This document shows positions 1 to 5,447 of a DNA stretch of 5,447 nucleotides, piece after piece. Under the pieces are notes generated by a model, which worked only from the letters and a program-made list of their open reading frames with translations, had not been told where the DNA came from and ran no database searches. The position numbers and the translations under genes are program-made. Each line of letters begins with the position of its first letter. Position 1 is the first letter of the stretch. Source of the stretch: Octopus sinensis (lineage: Eukaryota); contig NW_021830023.1 of NCBI RefSeq assembly GCF_006345805.1, positions 1 to 5,447 of the forward strand, given 5' to 3'.

Positions 1-88
1 TACTTGTTTATCGATTCCGAAAGGATAAAAGGTAAAGTCGACCTCGGCAGCATTTGAAATCAGAACATATGGCCGGGAGAAATGCCGC
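1..88 (+). mobile_element. SINE-like repeat fragment, family A copy 1 (cut by window edge)
   Basis: 1-47 aligns with 2603-2650 (tacttg-tttatcgattccgaaaggataaaaggtaaagtcgacctcgg vs tacctattttaacgagcccgaaaggatgaaaggcaaagtcgacctcgg), and gaaatgccgc is shared. 53-66 resembles copy 2 (atttgaaaccagaac). The motif is recalled as an abundant octopus SINE core; strand is inferred. Confidence 0.8.
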
Positions 89-113
89 AGAGGGAGGGAG
101 CTAGATTCTTCGC

Positions 114-262
114 GAAGGGTTCAGTTGATATACTTTACCCCAATACTGAACTGGTCCTTTAGATGTAAGCTAAATTTCGTCACGGCTGAATTTGAAACCA
201 GAACGTAAACACCGAAACGAATACCGCAAATCATAGCACCCGCTGCTCTACCATTTCTGCCA
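114..262 (+). mobile_element. SINE-like repeat fragment, family A copy 2 (diverged, internally deleted)
   Basis: accccaatactgaactggt matches accccattacttaactggt in copy 3. atttgaaaccagaac matches copy 1. acgaataccgcaaatcat...gctctaccatttctg matches acgaaatgccgctaagcat...gctaacgattctg in copy 3. Boundaries are approximate. Confidence 0.65.
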
Positions 263-367
263 TGGATGATGAATGGGTGGGGGAGGGGCACTACAAAGAC
301 AAGTTAATAAGGATTAAGAACAGATTATGAACAGAGAGCCACCTTGGTAGGCAAACAGACAGGCAAA

Positions 368-400
368 TAGATAGATAGACAGATAGATAAATAGATAGAC

Positions 401-492
<92 letters not shown>
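368..492. repeat. (AGAT/GATA)n tetranucleotide microsatellite with AGAC variants
   Basis: Directly visible and pure from about 401 to 492. Degenerate tetramers (AGGT, AGTT, AGAC, AGGC, GGAT) continue to about 625. Confidence 0.98.
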
Positions 493-765
493 GATAGTGA
501 AAATAAAAGCTGAGACCAATAGGTAGGCAGGTTTAATAGTTAGTCTGTCAGACAGACAGTCAGGCAGGCAGACATTCAAACCGACAGATTGATAAATTAG
601 TGGATGTTTAGATGGATGCATGGATGCCTCCCTGCTGCGGAGTTTCATGAATTTAGCGTTATAACAGGGTTTGCACATATATTAAGGACGATGGCTTGAT
701 AAAATTGGAGAAGTGCAGAGAGCTGTATCCATGCGTGACTGTTAACTCGTCTGGGGCTCTTCTTC

Positions 766-1093
766 ATGTGTGTGTATGTATGTGTATATCTGCGTGTGCT
801 CAAATGTGCGCCTGCCTGTGTATCTGTGTGGCTCGTTTATATATTGTCTGAAAACATGTACGTGTATATAAACATACATTTTCGATATACATACGCGCGC
901 GTTTATAAATATATATGTGTATGTATATATATAATGTATGTATATATGTATATAATTATTGGCATACATATGTAAGTGTCTGTATAGCAATTCTGGTTTG
1001 TACTACAACAATAAATACCAAATTTTCATCATTTAATATACATAACACTGTGTATATATACGTGTATATATGTGTGGGATTTCTTGTGAGTGA

Positions 1094-1130
<37 letters not shown>
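766..1130. repeat. Degenerate TG/TA alternating purine-pyrimidine region ending in (TG)18 at 1095-1130
   Basis: Directly visible. Confidence 0.9.
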
Positions 1131-1131
<1 letters not shown>

Positions 1132-1291
1132 AATATATGTCAATGTTTGACACATATTTTGTTTTAGCATTCCTTAAGCAAGTGTCACACTTGTGTGTGG
1201 CTCAAAATATTTCCATACAGCATACATATTTGCAGGACACGCATAGAATATGCAAACTTGAATAATCAAAGAAATATACACATCCACCTTG

Positions 1292-1362
1292 ACACACACA
1301 CACACCACACACACACACTCGCATGCACGCACACATACACGCACACAAACAAACAAAAACAC
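1292..1362. repeat. Imperfect (CA)n / (CAAA)n microsatellite
   Basis: Directly visible. Confidence 0.9.
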
Positions 1363-1666
1363 AGTGAATGTTGTTAAACTCCGTTATTTTATCCAACCTA
1401 AATGTTTCATGCGACTGATTGGAATGTCACGAGCACGCACAACTGTACAGAAACGGACCAAGAAGGTGCCGTTCAGGTTTATCAGAGCAACTCGATATTT
1501 TATATCACTTACTACTAATGAGGGATACAAAATTGTATCGTTTTCTGTTTTTTTTTGTTTTTGTTTATTTCACTATCGATTAAAATTACTGTTAGTAATA
1601 ACATTTTCTAAACAAACTTTAGAAGCGTCGAATCTTGTTTTGTATTTTACAGACAAGAAAGTAATG

Positions 1667-1745
1667 TTCGGAACGCAGTATAGCCATGGAAACAGTAGAA
1701 ATAACCAATCTTTCTGTTGTTTTCATGGCTATGCTGCGTTTGGAA
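1667..1745 (+). ncRNA. Candidate miRNA-precursor-like hairpin
   Basis: 1671-1701 pairs continuously with 1711-1741 (31 bp: 26 Watson-Crick and 5 G-U) around a 9-nt loop UAACCAAUC. After one G.G mismatch there are 3 more bp (1667-1669/1743-1745). The wobbles pair only on the + strand. The inverted repeat is certain; miRNA identity is inference. Confidence 0.55.
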
Positions 1746-1903
1746 AGTTTAAGATCCAGACAGAGTTCTTCATTGTTGGAGATGAATCGGTTATATTTCC
1801 ATCCTATTCATAGTAGTAATCCGTAACCTAGTCCTAAGGTCATCTGCTATTCGTTGTCCGTGTAACATTGATATTCCTCCCTGTGTTTGTGAAATCTTTT
1901 ATC

Positions 1904-1965
1904 CCTTCCAGAATGCTTCATTTCCACGCATGCCAGCTTAATTTAATTCGTCCTTAGTCGAAAGA
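1904..1965 (-). ncRNA. Degenerate minimal type I hammerhead ribozyme-like motif (probably inactive copy)
   Basis: The minus strand reads UCUUUCGA-CUAAGGA-26 nt-GAAA-UG-aag-CA-UU-CUGGAAGG. Stem III is 3 bp, and stem I is 7 bp (3 G-U) plus a proximal mismatch. The core has A in place of G5, and stem II is poor. Confidence 0.35.
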
Positions 1966-2064
1966 CACCTGTTATTATTTTTATTGCATTTGTGTAACGT
2001 CCGTTTTTTTTTTTCGTTATTGTTTTTGTATACATTCGCTACTTTCCTCCAAGTTTTTCCTTAG

Positions 2065-2137
2065 GGCTAGCCAGATAGGAGCAATCTCAAGTATAATCAG
2101 CCGAAATTGCGAAGATAATCTGGTACTTGACTGAGGA
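2065..2137 (+). ncRNA. Hammerhead ribozyme-like motif with non-canonical strand order
   Basis: AUC triplet at 2084-2086. Stem I 2087-2093/2124-2130 (7 WC bp) directly abuts CUGAGGA 2131-2137. GAAA is at 2103-2106, with stem III 2106-2110/2081-2085 (5 WC bp). A conventional stem II is missing; GGCU 2065-2068 can pair with AGCC 2099-2102. Confidence 0.5.
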
Positions 2138-2170
2138 AAGAAAACTTCGAATGACCCGTCCTAGTTTCCT

Positions 2171-2250
2171 TGTGTCGTCTACGTGGATGTTTTGTTGTCC
2201 CATTTTTGTATCACCTAACTGTCCGGTTGTTTTGCGTTCTCGTCCCATTT
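2171..2250. repeat. Imperfect tandem duplication of about 36-44 nt
   Basis: tgtgtcgtcta..ggatgttttg..ttgtcccattt is followed by tgtatcaccta..ggttgttttg..tcgtcccattt. Confidence 0.7.
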
Positions 2251-2257
2251 AATATTT

Positions 2258-2475
2258 TGTGTGTGTGTGTTTGTCTCCCCCCAAATTGCATAACAATCGA
2301 TGCTGGTGTGTTTATGTCCCCGTAACTTAGCGGTTCGGCAAAAGAGATCGATAGAATAAGTACTAGGCTTACAAAGAATAAGTTCTGAGGTCGATTTGCT
2401 TGACTGGATGCGTTGCTCCAGCATAACCGCAATCAAATTACTAAAAGAAGTAAAAGAATAAAGGAATAACAGAAT
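2258..2475 (+). mobile_element. 3' portion of a second SINE-like family with an A-rich tandem tail
   Basis: The body ggtgtgtttatgtccccgtaacttagcggttcggcaaaagaga..gatagaataagtactaggctt is recalled as a very abundant octopus SINE. It ends in (AAAAGAAT)-like tail repeats at 2442-2475, typical of retroposon 3' ends. No Pol III head is seen. Confidence 0.7.
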
Positions 2476-2544
2476 ATATTCACATGTGTACACAACGCCC
2501 AAAGTATGCTGGAACTTAATATTGGCTTCACATTTCGACAAAAT

Positions 2545-2712
2545 GCCTGCAGCTTCGAGGGAGGGTGTAAGTAAATGACATCGGACCCCATTACTTAACT
2601 GGTACCTATTTTAACGAGCCCGAAAGGATGAAAGGCAAAGTCGACCTCGGACGAAATGCCGCTAAGCATTTTGCTTGGCATGCTAACGATTCTGGCTGAT
2701 CGCTGCCTTAAT
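2545..2712 (+). mobile_element. SINE-like repeat, family A copy 3 (5'-truncated, about 30-nt internal deletion)
   Basis: Aligns to copies 1 and 2 within the window and ends in gccttaataa; the 5' boundary is approximate. Confidence 0.8.
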
Positions 2713-3057
2713 AACTCATACATAACACTGAATACTCATAGGCACAATGAGAAACACTTCGATATTTACTAAGAAATCCATACATATGTACACACATGTG
2801 TACACAGAGACCAGACCAGACCACACTCTACCATCACTACACCGCTACCAATCCACCACCATACCACACATCTTCACCCAGCCGTGGCTACTATTCCATG
2901 ATGTCGTTGCGATCTTCCTTGCGGCAAATAGACCTAAGATATAAATTGTTATTAAGCCTGCAAACTAAATGTCATTATCGTAATGTGTTTCACTCCATTT
3001 TGGATTTGTTGTATGTGTGGAGGAAGGGGAAGTTAGGGGTGGCAGGATGAGCGAGCA

Positions 3058-3395
3058 CGTGTGTGTGTGTGTGGAACTGTGTTTGAGTGTTTCTTTTTCC
3101 CTATATATATATATGATTTTGCATATGTGTATACGTGTGTTTGTATGCGCTTATTGTTCACGTGTTATGTGTAGTAACGTTAATGGTATTGTGTGTGTGT
3201 GTGTGTGAGTACATAAATGCATGCGTGAAAGTGAGTTTGTTTGTGTGTACAATTTTGAAAGTGTATGTCTGTGTTTATATTGGTTTATTGTTGACATGCT
3301 GTGTGCTGTGTCCTTCATGCCGTTATGTGTGTGTGTGTGTGTGTGTGTGTGTTGTGTGTATAAGTGTTTAAATATTGTGTGTGTGTGTGTGTGTG
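3058..3395. repeat. Cluster of (TG)n arrays in a degenerate TG/TA background
   Basis: Directly visible. Confidence 0.9.
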
Positions 3396-3420
3396 CTAGG
3401 TTGTTCGTATATTGTATTTG

Positions 3421-3510
3421 TTGATGACGAGACACATGATGGTTACTTTACAGCAGATGATGAGAATGAAGATGATGCAGATGAGGATGTTGATTTTGTT
3501 GTTGTTGCTA
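3421..3510. repeat. Degenerate (GAT)n then (GTT)n trinucleotide repeat
   Basis: gatgatgagaatgaagatgatgcagatgaggatgttgat...gttgttgttgct. Confidence 0.75.
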
Positions 3511-3567
3511 TAGTGTCTACCTGTGTCTTTCTGGTTTGTTGTGTTTCTTATTTTCGCGGTATAATTT

Positions 3568-3586
3568 TATATATATATATATATAA

Positions 3587-3675
<89 letters not shown>

Positions 3676-3800
3676 CATATAATATATATATATATATACG
3701 TATATATGTTCTACATTCATACATGCACAGACACATATATACATACATATACGGATGGATATATATTAATATATACACATACATATATGGATATATATAT
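3568..3800. repeat. Long (TA)n microsatellite with degenerate TACA flank
   Basis: Directly visible. Confidence 0.97.
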
Positions 3801-3914
3801 GAACATCTCTATTTATCACAAACGCCCCCTCTCCTCCTCCCCGATTCCCCACCCCCAGCCCCTACTTCAACATAATTGCTATTCGGATCCACTTTCACAA
3901 CTTACTTTACGCAT

Positions 3915-4168
3915 GTTTATCTGTCCGTCTGTCTGCCTGTCTATCTCAGTTTTTTCTCTTACTATCCCTCTTGCATTTCTTTCCTCTTTTCTCTTCATTT
4001 TGCTTTTTCTCTCTTTCACTTTCTCTCTCACTCTCTCTCTCCCTCCTTCTATCTCTTTATCTATCTATGTCTTTCTTTGTTGCTCAATTTTTTCACTCTC
4101 TTTTCCTAATTTTCTTCACCCTCTCTATCTCTATCATTAGCCATGTCACCACCACTCTCAATAACATT

Positions 4169-4205
<37 letters not shown>

Positions 4206-4440
4206 TCTTCCTCTCCCTCCCTCCCTCTCTCCCTCTCCCTCTCTTGTTCCCACTTCGCTTTCCTCCTTTTTAACTCGATTCCCAATCTTTTAAACTCAAT
4301 TGTCTCCTTCCATAAATATTTTCCTCTCACCTCCCTCTCTTCTTTCATATTCTCTCTCCCACCACCACTACTCTCCACCCTCTTTAAACTCCATTATCTC
4401 TTTCCTCCCAACCCCAACATCCCAACACTTTTCTCTCCTC
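3915..4440. repeat. Polypyrimidine low-complexity tract with (CT)n core near 4174-4245
   Basis: Directly visible; almost no G on the + strand. Confidence 0.93.
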
Positions 4441-4445
4441 CAACA

Positions 4446-4534
4446 ATATATATATATACATATATTTATATACATATATAATATAAATCCATACACATGC
4501 CTAAACACACACTCACACACACAAATACAAGCAA

Positions 4535-4574
<40 letters not shown>

Positions 4575-4578
4575 CATA
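4446..4578. repeat. (TA)n / (CA)n microsatellites
   Basis: Directly visible. Confidence 0.92.
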
Positions 4579-4618
4579 TTTCCTTTCCTTCGTTTATTTT
4601 TGTGTTCTACAATTTTTT

Positions 4619-4875
4619 ATCATCAACATCATCATCATCACTACCAACATTCTTATATTTCTTCCACCTCTTATCTCCACGTTTCCCTTTTACCTTTAAA
4701 CATTAACACCACTGCTATCAAACCATCACCACCACCACCACCACCACCGCCAATAACAGCAGCATGATCATCGCCCCCACAGCCATCACCCTTACATCAT
4801 CCATTAACACCACCGAGACCAACATCAACAATATCAACTCCATCCAGTTTCACCCCACCCTCCACCCCCATCAGC
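4619..4875. repeat. Degenerate (CAT)n/(CAC)n/(CAA)n trinucleotide region with (CCA)n core near 4729-4748
   Basis: Directly visible. Confidence 0.85.
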
Positions 4876-4922
4876 ATTACTTTTAAAGAAAACACCTCTT
4901 CCCATTACTCCCCACCAATGCT

Positions 4923-4948
4923 CCCCCACGCCCCCACGCCCCCACCCC
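4923..4948. repeat. (CCCCCACG)x~3 tandem repeat; G-quadruplex-type motif on the minus strand
   Basis: C-tracts at 4923-4927, 4931-4935, 4939-4943 and 4945-4948. Confidence 0.8.
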
Positions 4949-5116
4949 TTACTGCACTCTCGAACTCTTGTCTGTCAATATACAATTTAGTTGGTCGCTT
5001 ATTAAATTTATACGGCTTTCCAGTTGGCTGATGAGCGTGCATGCTTGGCCTGTTCTTGAAACGATCTGTATTACGCAGTAAACAGTTTTTGAAAACAAAA
5101 TTAAAACACTCAAGCG

Positions 5117-5124
5117 ACTTACCT
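5117..5124 (-). other. Consensus splice donor AG|GTAAGT preceded by a polypyrimidine tract
   Basis: The minus strand reads cctctttctctccttcctttccttgttgttctaaaaAG|GTAAGT; motif only, with no transcript evidence. Confidence 0.3.
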
Positions 5125-5223
5125 TTTTAGAACAACAAGGAAAGGAAGGAGAGAAAGAGGCAACGTGCATAGATGCGTATATGCATGTGAGTGTGTATGT
5201 ACGGGTATGTGTTTATATGGATG

Positions 5224-5226
<3 letters not shown>

Positions 5227-5269
<43 letters not shown>
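5227..5269. repeat. (TA)21 microsatellite
   Basis: Directly visible. Confidence 0.98.
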
Positions 5270-5271
<2 letters not shown>

Positions 5272-5447
5272 ATATATGATAATATGTATGCGTGGTAAGT
5301 GCTTATGTCTTTGAAAGTATTACTTGACACATTTTTTCTACCTCTCATATTTATACATACACACATTGTGTATGTATGTGTGTGGTCTGAGTACAAAGTA
5401 AGCATATGTGCTTCAACACACATATATGTTGACGATAAACTATTAAC

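Larger units (their letters stand above)
1851..2257. mobile_element. Probable non-coding terminal fragment of a Penelope-like retroelement or related ribozyme-bearing repeat
   Basis: Complex ORF-less segment with two hammerhead-like motifs on opposite strands (hammerheads in pseudo-LTRs are an established Penelope-like element feature) and an internal tandem duplication. It resembles a repeat recalled from octopus DNA. No RT or GIY-YIG coding sequence is seen; class and ends are uncertain. Confidence 0.45.

Noticed and set aside
1524-1539. Small inverted repeat GATACAA-AA-TTGTATC before a T-rich run (terminator-like)
   Set aside because: The stem is short and AT-rich, and the context is eukaryotic; expected by chance.
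1289-1813. Longest ORF, 174 aa on +
   Set aside because: It starts at a non-ATG codon in a CA repeat, crosses T-runs and the hairpin, and resembles no protein I recognise.
2054-2141. Twister-like double-pseudoknot interpretation
   Set aside because: The topology is superficially similar, but the conserved twister nucleotides are absent whereas the full hammerhead core is present.
2121-2170. Canonical type I reading of the + strand CUGAGGA using the downstream AAG-AAAA-CUU hairpin, GAAU and GUC 2158-2160
   Set aside because: GAAU replaces GAAA, the register is off and stem I pairing is poor. The upstream AUC/GAAA arrangement fits exactly. Worth rechecking in the family consensus.
3421-3500. 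Acidic peptide DDETHDGYFTADDENEDDADEDVD as a possible exon
   Set aside because: Explained by a decayed (GAT)n repeat; no convincing splice-site pair.
5020-5078. CTGATGA (5028-5034) ... GAAAC (5058-5062) hammerhead-like words
   Set aside because: No stem II closes the core, stem III is only 2 bp and stem I is about 3 weak pairs; consistent with chance.
325-5423. ORFs of the six-frame track
   Set aside because: Most are translations of microsatellites (YLSI, CV, HT, YI, LS, poly-P/H) or of SINE sequence; none has a recognisable domain.
1-5447. CRISPR array, tRNA, rRNA or prokaryotic operon
   Set aside because: No regularly spaced repeat-spacer units, cloverleaf or rRNA similarity; the sequence is eukaryotic non-coding DNA.

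Overview
Non-coding, AT-rich, microsatellite-dense animal genomic DNA. The interspersed repeats resemble, from memory and not from a database search, those of octopus/coleoid cephalopod genomes. No ORF in the track is a credible protein; most are translations of simple repeats. The window holds three decayed copies of one SINE-like family (1-88, ~114-262, ~2545-2712), the 3' part of a second SINE-like family (~2258-2475), many SSR arrays, and a few complex-sequence islands. Two RNA-level signals stand out. (1) At 2081-2137 (+), all conserved hammerhead ribozyme core nucleotides plus stems I and III are in exact register, but in the order NUH-GAAA-CUGANGA, which matches none of types I/II/III. 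It lies in a probable Penelope-like repeat fragment that also carries a degenerate opposite-strand type I hammerhead. (2) At 1667-1745 (+), a ~35-bp hairpin whose arm differences are almost all G-U wobbles resembles a pri-miRNA.
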